Below are positions 24,781 to 37,894 of a stretch of 49,000 nt of DNA, piece by piece. The translations under genes and the position numbers were made by a program. This stretch comes from Paraglomus brasilianum (lineage: Eukaryota): positions 1-49,000 of the forward strand of contig CAJVPI010000146.1 in the NCBI GenBank assembly GCA_910592345.1, given 5' to 3'. The notes beneath the pieces are model-generated. The model did no database searches and was not told the DNA's origin. It worked only from the letters and a program-made list of their open reading frames with translations. Each line of letters opens with the position of its first letter. Position 1 is the stretch's first letter.

Positions 24781-26977
24781 ATGGACGACAATACACCCAT
24801 TGCCAATTTCTTGAACAACTTTGTCGGCGAGGGGAAAACGAGACAGGATCAGGCGACGGCGGTTACCGAGATATTCATTGATCAGTGGATTACTACTCTT
24901 GGTGACTGTAAGAAATTCACTGCCGAGGACTTGAAAGAATGGAAAGTACCTGCAATGGTCGTGAAGGGACTAGATGAACAAGGGTTTTTAAAGCCATCCA
25001 CAGGTATTATGGAGCGACTAAACGCTTTTCTTGCTTTGTTTGCGTTCATTGGGGGTCTGATGTCAGTAGTTTTACATAGGGCAAATCCCTTTATTGCGAG
25101 AGTGTTATTGTAGCTGGAGTAGATAGGCAAAATTATTCGAGGCATAGGGATACCCATCTCTTTTGCACTTTGTGACTCGGGCATTGGGGACATAGAGTAG
25201 TGTGTACATAGGATAGAGTAGACATAGTAATATGTTTTCTCATAAATTTATTGTCACTTTGCTTCTAAACAAACTTGGAATTAGCTAAAATTTTCACTGA
25301 CATTTTCATTTCATTTTTGCAGACCAAGAATTACTCGTTCATGACTATGAGGATGTTGCCAGTTAAATATTACTCATTATCATGCAGCATTGCTTTTCCA
25401 AGTGCCTTTAACAATATTGACTTTCCACAATGCTATACAGCTTTCTTTCCAGAGTTTCATAACTTCCCTACTATTAATGAACTGCAGGGCTGCCTTGAAA
25501 GGCCACCAACCAAACTGATCCCAGTTAGGGAACAAGTGTTAGACAGTGATCTGGCACACATTAGATCACATGTCACACTGAGTCGAAAAAGCAATTCACC
25601 AGAATTGAGTCGCCTTTTTGAAAATGCAATCAAAGCACAATCACCATCAGGTTCAAAAGCTGCCAGACACTTCATATGGGACACATTAGTCAGGTCCCCA
25701 TTGAGACTGCTTCTCCATCCTTCAATGTCACTTTTTGTTTTGATCGTGACACATATGACAAATCCACAGCAACAGTACCTTTAAAGAGGCCAGACTTGTT
25801 ATGTTGGATGCATTCAGTATTGGTATTGAAAGGAGAAGAGAAAGAGACAGTGGAAGATCTTTCAACAGCAGAGCAAGAGCTACTACAGACATGGAGCCCT
25901 ATCTATTTTGGAAATCTTCAATATATGTTTGGTTATGCTGCTGCAGGGACATTAATAAGGTTTGTCTTTGCTATTTATCAAAATCACTGTGAAAAGCTAC
26001 CATCATTACATAATGACAAAACATAAATCTGCATGTCAGGTTCTATGCAATTGACAGTTCCATGAACATTACCAATATCAGCAGAGAATTTGACCTGTCA
26101 CATGTGACTGATCGAGTCTTGACAGTAGCAACAGCTTTGAATATGGCTCAATGTATACAGCATTTTGTACACCAACTCCCAACTACCTATACCATGACAT
26201 TACCTCTCTATGCTACTATTAAGCGAACATATTCTGAGGTTAGTGTTCTGCTGGCTGATGAATCTATATGTATATGGGCATGTAAGATGCTAATATTTTA
26301 TTGAACAGATTATGTTTCTTGAGAACCGAGTCAGGAAGAAAATCAAGAGCTTTGGTGTGCAATATAGGTTTTCAACATTTGAAGTAGGTATACTAATACT
26401 GGGCTTACTTCAGATTGCTGACAGTGTGAATACAATTAACATGCTGACTATGAACATATTAATATAGGACTTGAAAACCATTTACAGGAAGACTGAAAGT
26501 ACACAGCACATTATCCATAAATTTGGCATGTCACGTCTGGAAGGAACAACATATACAGTTGAGCTGCACCCTGTGGGATTTCGACGGCACCCTAAATCAT
26601 TATTGGAGCTTAAATGTGCAATCCGATGCATCCTTAAGGCTTTGTGTGCATTGCACCAAGCAGGCTTTGTACATAAAAACATTTGTTGGGAGAATATTAT
26701 AGTGTCAGCAAATGATAGCACAGATTGGATTTTAATTGATTTAGAGCATGCTGGCAAGATTGGTTCTGTTTCATATCAGCTGCAGTGGTGGCCTCATGGT
26801 GTTGGACTGGGTGCAGAGCCATATAATCCAAGATGTGACCTTTATCTTGTAGGTGAGCTTATAAGGCTTAGTGGCATGATTCTAGGGGATGCTGACATAG
26901 CATTCATGAATAATCTTCAAGAAATGCCAAAACACTATACAGCAATGAAGGCACTCAAAGATAGCTGGTTTATTTAG
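24781..26977 (+). pseudogene. Crinkler-like SAM + PD-(D/E)xK REase + protein kinase gene, disrupted
   Basis: Exon 1 is SAM-like (WITTLGDCKKFTAEDLKEWKVP). RPDLLCW...LKGEEK and GYAAAG are CR-REase motifs. Kinase ALHQAGFVHKNICWENI...WILIDLE...DLYLVG. Frameshift near 25700 and catalytic HRD reads HKN. Confidence 0.75.
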
Positions 26978-27539
26978 GGTAAAGATAAAGAAGCATGGAA
27001 TACCATGTCACTGAATTAAACATAATTATACTGTCATGAGTATGGAATTAAATAGCTGCTGAATATGAACAACTATTACTATAGGGGGGGGAAGAAAAGA
27101 GAAAAGGGTCACAATGTAGTAGTTCTTGCAGAATTCGGTGCACATATTGCATGGCTCTAAAAAAAAGTGGGCTGTATTTGACAGTCAGTATTTGTCTTTA
27201 AAAATTAGTCTTTGTGAAACTTTGCAATTTGTAATAAATCTAAATCTCAGGAAGGAATACAAGCTAACATTCATTGGAATTATTATTACATGCAAGAATG
27301 TAGTAATAGTAAACATTGGGTAGTACTAATTAGTATTAGTATGGCAAATTGATAGATTGATCTCAAGCTGGCCCTGTTTAATACAATGGCTGAGTTTGGC
27401 TTTTCCTGAATCAGTTACCATTATGCACATCTCACATAGCAATCATTTATTTCTATCAATAATTAAATAAAAATCCAGAAAGTGTGAAATGGTTGTGTTC
27501 AAGATGATAAAATTAATATATAGGATTAATACAATGGTT

Positions 27540-28823
27540 CGACTGAATATGAAAAAGCAATGCGTTCTTAGAGATAAGTTGCAATTGTGGTCGCTCAAAA
27601 AGATCCTGAGAGAAAGGTTTGCCGAGTTACGTGAAGCGTTTCAAGCTCTCTCTAGATCCGAACAAGACATATTTTTAATGGCCCCGTTGAAAGCAATGAA
27701 TGGCGGAGAAATAACTGCCGGTGTCGACGTCTTAAAAAGAAAATGCGTACTAATAAGAGAACGTTTTATTACTGAAATCGCAATACGCCTCTTTTCCAGA
27801 AAACGTATCTCAATATGTTGGGAATTGCCCGCACTCACTTCGAAAACATTCTAGCGGCGAATGGTATAATACCACGTGCTCATGATAACGTAAAAAGAGT
27901 ACCGCGATGGAAAATAAAATAACCATTGATATAACCGTTGCTGCCGCCGTGAAGAATTTTCTCGAAAACTATGCTGAAATTCACGGACTACCAAGGCCTG
28001 GTAGAAATGTTAATCGAATTACTCAATCGCTTACACTTTTGCCAGCTGAAACGAGTTAGAAATCGGTCTGTCGTGATTTTATTGCAGGTCTCGAAATAGC
28101 ACGCTGAAATTATTAAAATATTATGCGTTTCGTAAGTTATGACACCAATTAACGCCATATATTCAAATCATGAGTCCAAGAACGGATTTATGTGATGCGT
28201 GCCAACATTTCGGAATGGCTTACAGTATAATGCTCGTAAGGAAACCGAATAAAGGTGAAAATTACCTGCAATAACGCTGATGGTCAGAATAAAAATAAAG
28301 CTACTATTTGATTTTATTTGTATTTGGTAATTTGTGGTTATTATGAAAGTATCGAATTAAATTTCATGGTACCTGGACATACTAAATTTAAGTGTTGATT
28401 GTAGTTTTGGACTGATTAAAAAGCTCTATAGAAAAACAACAGTAGATTGTGTGAACCATATTGTCGATGTTGTGAAAAATCGAGTACAGCGGAATTAAAC
28501 AAAGCTCAGTGTTATGACAACGGAAAAGGTTTCCATCTTAATTCTGTGTTGGGGATTTTCTTTGCTTTGTATTCGCCAATACTGGAGTTGTCAAAGCCCA
28601 GATGGTTGCTAATGGTGCTTATACAGAATTTAATTTGTTGAAAACTAGAAAAGCAAGTGTTTCTGAAATTACCAAAGAAATTAAATCCTTTTCTATCCTA
28701 GTACTAACCCCTCCTCCTTTGGATTACAAAAGACAAGAGTATCTTTATCAAAACATTCGCCAATTTGTTAGACAAATTCAAAGGTATTACTGCCCAAGAC
28801 CAGCCTATACCAGAAATGAATAA
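27540..28823 (+). mobile_element. Sola-like DDD transposase pseudogene
   Basis: Broken frames contain HGLPRPGR, MSPRTDLCDAC, CNNADGQNKN, LNFMVPGHTKFKxDCSFGLIKKLY, QEYLYQNIRQFV; many stops and frameshifts. Confidence 0.6.
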
Positions 28824-29049
28824 ATATTTAGACTAGAATCCTCCCTATCATTTCAATGTCAAGTTCTCTGTCTATTTTTCAACAAAGATTGCTAGTTTTT
28901 CCCGCTTTTAATTTTAAAGCTTAAATAAAAAGAAATGTCAAAATAATTATATTAATATTCCTCATACACGCAACTCGCTAATAATGTAGCAATTAGTCCC
29001 CCAGAAATCTACAAAGTATATACAGTAAATATTTGGAATTCACATTTAC

Positions 29050-29440
29050 TTAGGTTGTGAAATCAACAATGAGATTTCAAGAGAATCAAATACGCCTATG
29101 AAGCAAAATAATGCTTATAGACTTGCTTTGCTTTATAGGCAAAGCAGGGATGGTAATACAGTTAAAAATTTTAGAGAATTGTGCAATAACAAGGAGCCCA
29201 CAATTGCTGTTGGGGAAGTATTCGATATTGAAGAAATACTTGGTGGATATTACCCATTGCATGGAGCGTCAAAACATTTACTGTATATTCGCATTAAATA
29301 AAAACAAGGGTGTATAATAGTTTTATTGTTAATAGTTCACAAGCCATTAGAAAAAAGACATGCCAAGTTCCAATAAGGCATTTATCAGATTGCTTTGAAT
29401 GGATTGATTGGGAGGTATTCTTAGTTGAAATAAAAGATAA
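29050..29440 (+). pseudogene. TLDc-domain gene fragment
   Basis: LLYRQSRDGNTVKNFRELCNNKEPTIAVGEVFDIEEILGGYYPL matches TLDc LLxRGSRDG...F...CDNKGPT...GGYNP. Terminal IDWEVF near 29405; no intact gene. Confidence 0.7.
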
Positions 29441-29624
29441 CCATTGTCAGGATTAACAGTACAGTAGTAATAGATGATGTGTTCCGACATTGAACTATTA
29501 CTATGTCTGCTCATCACAAACAAACCGTAGTAGAAGAATTCGGAGTAATGCAGATCAGGAAACGTAAAAATATACGATAAATAGTTATTTATACATTCAT
29601 CTTGTGGTCTATACGTGCACTACC

Positions 29625-29756
29625 AACTTTTTAAGTTATTATAGATAGTCCGCATTGGAACCTTTGTTGCTTTTGAATGTCTTTGGCTGAACGGACTCCT
29701 ATGTTTCAAAAACGTAATATAGTTTCTCGCTGGTTTTTTAAATCGGAACTTGCCAT
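29625..29756 (-). mobile_element. IS630/Tc1-type transposase N-terminal relic
   Basis: MASSDLKNQRETILRF*NIGVRSAKDIQK, then a frameshift into TKVPMRTIYNNLKKL (HTH). Confidence 0.5.
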
Positions 29757-30355
29757 TTTGTTAATATTTTGTTAAAAAAGTGGCTTCTAAAAGACATTAC
29801 GCTATTTAATAGAAACCAAGTTTACGTGATTTGGTTTATTTTGGGGGAAAGTTACGCCAATAATTTCTGATGACAAAATATTATACAATTTCGCTGAATT
29901 AGAAGAACAAGTTAATTTACATTTACGAACGTTGAACAGAACGTTTCTCAAAAACGTTTGAATTCGGTGATGAATTAATTGTAATTGATGATTCTCAAGT
30001 ATTAAGCACTGATGATCCAGATAAAGCCGAAGAAAACCGAGTGCGTAATATAATACCTTATTTATCTTACCTATTGTTTACACACTGTAAGTGGGAATTC
30101 GATCTTGTCCATCGAATTCCGAGTTGGTAAAAATACGGTTGCTAATTAATTGTCTATAAATGTGTTTATTTTGATATACACAGTGGCTCTCTTTATAGTG
30201 GACCTCCGTTACAGTGAATTTGGGTTATTGTGGAGGAATTTTGGAAGCTTTTTTTCCCTTCTAATTAAACTAGCTCTGTATAGTGTATTTATGTAGAAAC
30301 TATTCGGATACCGGATAAGGAGAAATATACTTTATTGATTATAGTCTAGAGCGCC

Positions 30356-30502
30356 TCTATATAATGCATGTATTTCACCGACAATACACTTCACCGACGT
30401 CATTTTCACGTGACACATTGTTATCGCACTTATTATCATTGGTTTTCGATGAAATTTATGTCGGTGAAACGTACTGTCGGTGAAATACATGCACTATATA
30501 GA
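30356..30502. mobile_element. MITE of the TTTCACCGACA family
   Basis: Inverted ends TGCATGTATTTCACCGACA / TGTCGGTGAAATACATGCA; CTATATA on both sides; interior shared (inverted) with 40200-40340. Confidence 0.75.
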
Positions 30503-31084
30503 TATTATGGAGCCCACAATATATATTGTGTAGTTCGTTCGATATAGTGGAGAGTCAGAATCATCGGTGAAAGTAAGTGATGCTTTGGAAGGATTAACGA
30601 ATATAGGAAGATATTTACAACAAAGTGATATCATGGGGTTGAGTTTGTAACGATGAAAATGTTAAACAGTTTAAATATCAAATTCTTCGAAGCGGAACTA
30701 CTTGGTTTCATCTCTTGTACTAATAAAATATTAATATCCGTTATTGATTATTGGAAATGTTGTATTTTGTTCTCTACCGATACTTTGATGTAAGAATTCC
30801 CTAGTGACTAATAAAACATGTTACGGAATAATTATTTTGTTATAGATTAATAAGCAGGGCATGAGAAGTATTCGGCTATTATATTATTCTCTGAATTGAC
30901 ATTTTGCATATAAGTTCTTCGCGATTAATAAGACAAGTAGCAGAGTATCCGTCTATTGATGTTTTGTGATAATATCTTGGCGACTAATAAGGGAAGCGTG
31001 AGAAGTGTTCAGTTTAGAAAGATTGCGATTATAAGACATTATGTTTAATACAGAAAAGGCGTTCGTAATAATAAAGACGATGTA

Positions 31085-31791
31085 CAGTGGCCTATCAAAA
31101 GTCACCGGACGCCCCCAAAATTTACTAGTAAAACATATGGAATGTCTTTCCTTTCAAAAATCTCTCCTGCCCATGTGTACTATGCGAAGGATAATTTTTT
31201 TTGTATGGTTCGGAAGCTAATTGATTGTGCTTTTCCAAAAAATCAACAATAAATTTTTATAAATTATTGTTATAAAGCGGTAGCAAGTTGAACTAGCTAT
31301 CTTTAAATCACGATATAAAAATCTATAATATGTGTATAGCACGTATACTCACACTTCGTCAAGCTACTGTTTTATAACGATAAAATATACTTTTTTTTTT
31401 CGAAAATCACAATCAATTAGCTTCCAAACCATACAAAATTATCAGTACACATGAGTAGGAGCGATTTTTGAAAAGAAAGACATTCCATATGTTTTACTAG
31501 TAAATTTTCGTGGTGATTACTCACTTCTGGCAGGGTACTGTACATATAAATTATAGATTTTCATATCGTGATTTAAAGACAGCTACTTCAACTTGCTACC
31601 ACTTTATAACGATAATATATAAAAACATTTTGTTAATTTTTGGAAAAGCACAATCAATTAGTTTCCGAACCATACAAAAAACATTATCTTCGTATAGTAC
31701 ACATGTGCCGGAGAGATTTTTGAAAAGAAAGACATTCCATATGTTTTACTAGTAAATTTTGGGGGGCCCGGTGACTTTTGATAGGCCACTG
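31085..31791. mobile_element. Tc1-type foldback MITE with long TIRs
   Basis: TA|CAGTGGCCTATCAAAAGTCACCGG ... CCGGTGACTTTTGATAGGCCACTG|TA. Arms are inverted over roughly 250 bp, with an extra internal copy of the right arm at about 31365-31510. Confidence 0.9.
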
Positions 31792-31854
31792 TACATACCT
31801 CAAGTTTTTGAATTGTACCCGGGGTACTGTGTGCGGAGGAGGGTACTATTTGAG

Positions 31855-32004
31855 GTCAACTGCCGATAATTCGCGTTAATTCGACCGCTGGTTACAGACA
31901 TTTATTATTATTTCTATTGTAATTAACTGACGATAATTCGACTTGTACATTAATTCGATCGATAACCTCGGAACGCAAGCGGTCGAATTATAGGCAGTTG
32001 ACTG
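31855..32004. mobile_element. pogo-type MITE with clipped left end
   Basis: GTCAACTGCCGATAATTCG ... CGAATTATAGGCAGTTGACTG|TA; internal TAATTCGA repeats. Confidence 0.65.
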
Positions 32005-33290
32005 TACTTTGAAATTCCTTCTCAGAATGATGTAATTTACCATAATAAAGCTCATCGGAATTTATCTCTACTTCTTGGCTAACGCGAAAGCGCCGAAGTT
32101 GGAATGCTTTAGAAAACTTGCCATTGTTTTGTATCAAGAGAAGGTATCTAATTAAACCGAGAAGTTGAAGATTAAACTTTAAGAGAATTTCCAGGAAAAT
32201 GTCCCGCTTATTAATAAACAAGTCGGCGATAATCGCTATGATGGGAATGAATTAAATTATGCAAATCTTTAGTCCTACATAGTTGGTTTGCGTTGTAATT
32301 GGATTTCTTTTGATGCTAGATTTTGGTTGATTATAAATCTTACGCTTTTACCAGACAGTCGACTTTTAGTTGATTGTATAGATTTATTATGCTGAGTTCG
32401 TTACATTGATGAGTACATCGATGAGTAGTTTTTGTGTATTGTACTATTACCATCATATATGTGTAACATGTGACGTACAATAATAATAAACTATGTGCAT
32501 TCAAAAACTTCACCAAAAATTCCTGAATTGTATCCGGGTTCTAATTGAGGGGAGGACTAATATTCGGCGGTCTAACGGTATACACTAAAATTCGTGACGT
32601 TAGTATTCCTTCTTTTTTTGAAAAAACCGGCCATAAAACACATAAAACCGGTAAAACACGCATATTAAAAATGCTTGTAAAACATTAGACTTACTATCAG
32701 ACACGGGACATGTCTTTTTTTTTTTTATAATTTAGAACTTTATTGCTATGGAAAATAATCCGTCAAAATCTTCCAAAATACCATTTCTATTTCTCACCTC
32801 TTTCACACTTGTCTTCATGCTTCTTTCATCTGGTCTCGCATTCTCATCATTTCAAATGTAATCCTTCCTTCTTCAAACCCTTCCACATTAATAACATCTC
32901 CCTATCCAGTTCACAAATATATAGCACGTTTTCTTTAATCATCTGCTATATGGACAATTTGAATTTCATTTGGCACTCTCCATTAAATACTCATAAATAT
33001 TCTCTAAAAATTCTTATCTCAAATATCTTAATTAATCGATCTATTCATAAATCAATTTTTCCCTCCTCCCCGCTGGCTCTTAGATGTTAAAATTAGCTTT
33101 AGCGGGTACCGCAGCTTTGCAACAAAGTCGTACAAATATCGAAAATATTGAAAATGTGAAAATGCTTTATTCAATATACTAATATTAATATTGATATGGT
33201 CCATTGGAAATCCAATACCGTAAGCATTAATAAGAGCTTGTAATGTTATGAAGTGACTATCTCTCACCCAAAAATATAACCTTATTATTA

Positions 33291-33739
33291 CACTCACTGG
33301 ACAAAAGTCTACGTAAATTTTGTCGATCAATTAGTAAAACATATGAAAGATCTATTTTTTCGAAAACCTCTACTGGCTGTATCTACTATGTAAGTCACAA
33401 TGATTTTTGTACCGATTTGAAGATAATTTGTTGTATTTTTGAGAAAAATAATGATATGATTAGTCATTTTATCATTCCGAAGTTACATCTCGATGAAGTG
33501 GTGGTATCTATGTGTAACATAGACACCGCCACTTCATCGAACTACAGCTTTGAGGGGGTGGCGGGGCTAAATATATCATTATTTTTCTCGAAAAGTACAA
33601 TCAATTATCTTCAAATGGTACAAAAATCATTGTGACTTACATAGTAGATACGGCCAGTAGAGCTCTTTGAAGAAAAAGATTTTTCATATGTTTTACTAAT
33701 TGATCGACAAAAATCACGGTGATTTTTGTCCAGTGAGTG
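33291..33739. mobile_element. Palindromic Tc1-type MITE (449 bp)
   Basis: TA|CACTCACTGGACAAAA ... TTTTGTCCAGTGAGTG|TA. Arms are inverted for about 170 bp, with a second inner inverted pair (TCGATGAAGTGGTGGT / ACCGCCACTTCATCGA). Confidence 0.9.
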
Positions 33740-34115
33740 TATAATCCGAAGATAGACCTTAATATGAGGGAACATTTATTACGTGATTATTTGTAGATCA
33801 ATGATTGCATTCATATAGAAAGAAAGCTTGCAATTAAGTCCCATCATGGGACTGAGCAATTGCTGTGCACTTAGATGGAGATGTTGCATTTAGAGAGGGT
33901 TGACTGTATTGTAAAATTATTGTATGCAGTCAACACATCTAAATAATTTCGTATTTGTTCTCGTATTAATCTGAAATTTGAGAGGGAGAAACCCCGTATT
34001 AATTCGCCGAGTTGACATACATATCTTTAAGACGATAGTTTTTTATTACATAAAAAGAATAGCTTAATTTTATCGAAAACTTATTATTATATTGCTTTTA
34101 TTATATTTGTCATAA

Positions 34116-34380
34116 TATCTTTGAAGATTTTTTCTATTAAAATACGCTTAAAACTATGAACAAATCTTGTCCTAAATAATTGTATTTATATTTCCATACA
34201 AAGCGACTTAGAATTGTTTCTAAATAAAACATAAAAACTGCAGATAATCATAATATTTTGTTTTATCTTTAAAGATTCTTCCGCTTAAAACTATCAATAA
34301 ATCTTGTCCTAAATAACGTATTTATATTTCCATATAAAGCAACTTAGTATTGTTTCTAACTAAAACATAAAAACAGTAGA
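34116..34380. repeat. Imperfect direct duplication (about 120 bp x2) 3' of the first HMG gene
   Basis: CGCTTAAAACTAT...AAATCTTGTCCTAAATAA...GTATTTATATTTCCATA...AAACATAAAAAC occurs at about 34116-34243 and 34264-34380. Confidence 0.8.
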
Positions 34381-34434
34381 AAAAGGCTGGTTTTGTTTGT
34401 CTAATTAGGTATACTAATACATATTCTAAATGGT

Positions 34435-35250
34435 TTAATTTATTATATTGCAAAAAGGCCACGTCCAAAAAATTTGCGTGTGATATTGGTCTTGTGCCGC
34501 TTGCATAAATGGATTTATAGCAGTGGTAGGATTCACAGCATTATTATTGGAGAAGTTGTCGCTTTTACTTTCAAACCAAGCACCGTAATATGTGTTATTA
34601 CACGCGCCATAACCATCAGCATACAGGTCCTTGTCAATTGCAACTTGGACGACGTCATGATGGTGCTCATTAGCGGTACTGTTCAGTTGACCAATTCTTT
34701 CTTCCCCAACAAGACTAGAGTTGGCGCCGCCGCTTTTACTATTTAATGTTTCTCCATCCTCTTCACAATTTGGATTCATGTTTTCGAAGAGCTTATACCT
34801 ATGCTGCTTAATTCTCTTTGGCCGATAAGCATATTCTGGGTACGCAGTCTTATGCTGCTCTTGAGCAATCTTGGCAAGTACTTTGAAATATTGTTTGACC
34901 GCGCAAGGGAGGTTTCGCCAACGGTTACTGGCAGCTGTCGAAATCTCAGTCAGAGAATGTGCCGTGCCAGGATGTTTTGCACGTATTTGGCTAAAAAAAT
35001 CTTTGCGAAAAATAATCCACGAGTTTTGCGAACGAGGAGGATTGAAACATTTTCTACGCGCCGGTCTGAGAAGCTCGTCAAGGGAACATGTGAGTTGGTA
35101 AGGTGGTCGGAGAAGAAGTGTGCGCTCGTGTAGAGTAAGAGATGTATAATAGAACGTAGACTTTGTCGAGCAGATACGAGCAGTGGTGGGAAATGAATCC
35201 AAGTTGAGCACAGCTGTGATTGGTTTAATTGGAACATAGTGGTCAGACAT
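34435..35250 (-). CDS. MATA-HMG box transcription factor (copy 1)
   Basis: Intronless ORF; PPRSQNSWIIFRKDF...EISTAASNRWRNLP...YFKVLAKIAQEQHKTAYPEYAYRPKR. Confidence 0.9.
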   Translation of the reverse strand: MSDHYVPIKPITAVLNLDSFPTTARICSTKSTFYYTSLTLHERTLLLRPPYQLTCSLDELLRPARRKCFNPPRSQNSWIIFRKDFFSQIRAKHPGTAHSLTEISTAASNRWRNLPCAVKQYFKVLAKIAQEQHKTAYPEYAYRPKRIKQHRYKLFENMNPNCEEDGETLNSKSGGANSSLVGEERIGQLNSTANEHHHDVVQVAIDKDLYADGYGACNNTYYGAWFESKSDNFSNNNAVNPTTAINPFMQAAQDQYHTQIFWTWPFCNIIN

Positions 35251-37581
35251 TGTCACTATTACGCACTGGACTAATGGCTATGGTCAAATACATGCATATA
35301 TATATGTGTGTGAATATACCGACTAACTAAATAAAGCACAATAAGCATGATTGACCTAATGGACCATTGCTTTACAACAATGTCTTATTTGGATGGCATT
35401 GTTTCGCATGTATTCTGGCCAAAAAAGTATCCCAATCAATTAGCAAAACTACTCTCTTTTTTGCATATACATTTGAGTAAACCATATTATTCAGGCAGAT
35501 TTGCTGTATCAAAATTTGTAAATTTAAATATTGTACGCTGGGCAATTGACGTCGGGGTAATGTTTATCATATAATGATATTAAGAAATAATGCAACGATC
35601 ACAACATAACGGTCGGGCCATTTTAGATAAACATCTCCATATAGTGTCGAAAAACGAGGAGGATAATTCGACTCTAACTATGTAAGGTAAAATACTTTGG
35701 AATTAATGGCTTACCTAATGGCTTAAGTAATAACTAAACGCTGTCGTTGCGAATCATGCCTCTCATCCGATCACACTGGAGAATCTTGTGATATTTGACA
35801 GCATCGAGCAAGGATTTTGTCACAGCATTCGTGACGTTAAAATTGGCAGTAACGTTGTCATGCCAGAACCTGAACGTATCGCGTTACGTTGACTGGTGTA
35901 TAATATTCGAGGGCGGCGATAATCATCATGTTAGAAATGAGTCGTTATTTCGCTTCTTTTGTTACAATATGCAGGTCGATCATGAAAGCGTGGGAATACG
36001 ACAATACATAATGCTATACTAATACGGTTTAAACGAAACGTGGCCTTCCCCCTGCATCGGTAAAACGTTCTCACCCTTGTCATTGAATAAATAACCTAAT
36101 AAGCATACTGACACTGCGCAATACAACAGAAAACGCTACACTACTCGTTCTTCATTTCATATGTACCAATGCTGTTCCAAATCACAGGACTTTGAATGTC
36201 ATATCTTTTTGCCTGTCTGCTAAAATGAGAATATTGGCCTACACCAAACAAGTGCTCCATAGAATCAAAGTAAAAAAAAAACACACTTTAAGCTGATAAG
36301 CTATTCAAAGTAACTAACGAGTGTCAAGTTCTTGTTAAAATTGTTTCAAGATTTAGCATCGATGATACTCGAGCATATTGTCTTTAGGAAGCAGACAATA
36401 CAACTATATGCACACATGTGAAATGCCTTCATTATAGACATTCGTATTCATACATTTATTATTATTATTGGAAGATTATTACGTGTAACTATTTAAGATT
36501 TCGTAGAAAACAATGGCTTAACTACTAGAACCAATAATCGATAATCGTTTTAAAGCTGTACCGGTCTTCATCGTGTTCATTCAGACCACAGCGTGTACTC
36601 CAGTCAGTGTTATAGTCTTCATATGATATCTACTATGTGAAGACTTGACATTATTGTGCTACCAGCGCTTACATAGCGAATAGCGTCAAGAACGGCATGT
36701 GATAACATCTCTCAGCCATTCGGTTTTGAGTCGTCTATTTTAAAAAGGCAGGACATTGACCACTTTTGATCGATGTACAATTAATTTAATACTTATCTTC
36801 ATGTGGAATTAAAGTTGTCTGGAGATTTTGCAAATCTTGTTCCGACTTTACATTAATACCCCATCACATGTAAAATGGCGAACTCTCACACACTGACACA
36901 TCTATCCAGATTACATGACATACTCCGTCTAGCGTCCTGCTGGGTGATTTCAGTATGGGCGTAACAAAGATAATATAGCGTCTTTTTTTTAATAAGGAGA
37001 CACATAGCAGAGTCTAAGTCAGGAAATTAAAGACAATGTTAAGAGATTCGAGCCGAAAAAAGGCAACCGGCACATAAATTTGGTTAGCACTGAGGATGAT
37101 ATCTACAAAACTGTCTGCAAATTCGTGCCTTGTTGTCGTGTATCGCTTCAATGTCAAATGCAACCTTCTTGTTTCGCAATGAATGTTTGCGGAAACATGT
37201 AATTTGAACTTACTACTGTGAAGGTCAAAGCAGTTTAGACTTTATTGTGATAGCGGCCGTCAATCAAACTGGTTAGAGAACAGACCTTTATGTAAAAATA
37301 TAACTACTAAAATATGCAGCTTTTATTTCATAAGCGAGCGATTTGACCGTACATAAAAACTTGATATTGTTGTACTCAGATTCCTGTTCAGTAATACTAC
37401 ACTCAGATTTGATTAACAAGTCTCAAACGGTTAGTAGCAATTACTGTTGTATTATTTTTCTTTGGCTAATATGCCATGTTACCCCCTCTTGTCTGTAAAT
37501 ATATAATACGTCGTCCGTTGGTTTAGTGTTTTACTGGTGCTAATTTATCAAATGAAAGAGTAGCTTTATATTGGGTTAATG

Positions 37582-37711
37582 GGACCGTATTATTTCATCG
37601 ACAATCATTTCACATTTTACCGACAATTAACTACTAAAAAAGGATAACTTCGAAATAATGTTGGTAAATATTTGTCGGTAAAATAATTGTCGATGAAATG
37701 ATTGCCTCCCG
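37582..37711. mobile_element. MITE of the TTTCACCGACA family with 8-bp TSD
   Basis: GGTTAATG at 37574-37581 and 37712-37719; inverted ATTTCATCGACAAT / ATTGTCGATGAAAT. Confidence 0.8.
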
Positions 37712-37894
37712 GGTTAATGTATACATAAATAAGCCAAGGGAAAAACATTATCTAATCGACGCTCTTAATATTGGATTTTTAGTTTAGTGGTAAAATTGTA
37801 CTCGAACTAATCTCTGACGACTTTGCTAAACTTGCCGAGTTTGTAGTTAAAATTGGATTCAGTAACGTAACGACAGCTGACATCCACGTAACTG

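Noticed and set aside
25153..25162. CCCATCTCT as the right TIR of the hAT-like element
   Set aside because: Only 9 bp, no adjacent AACCGG motif and no matching TSD
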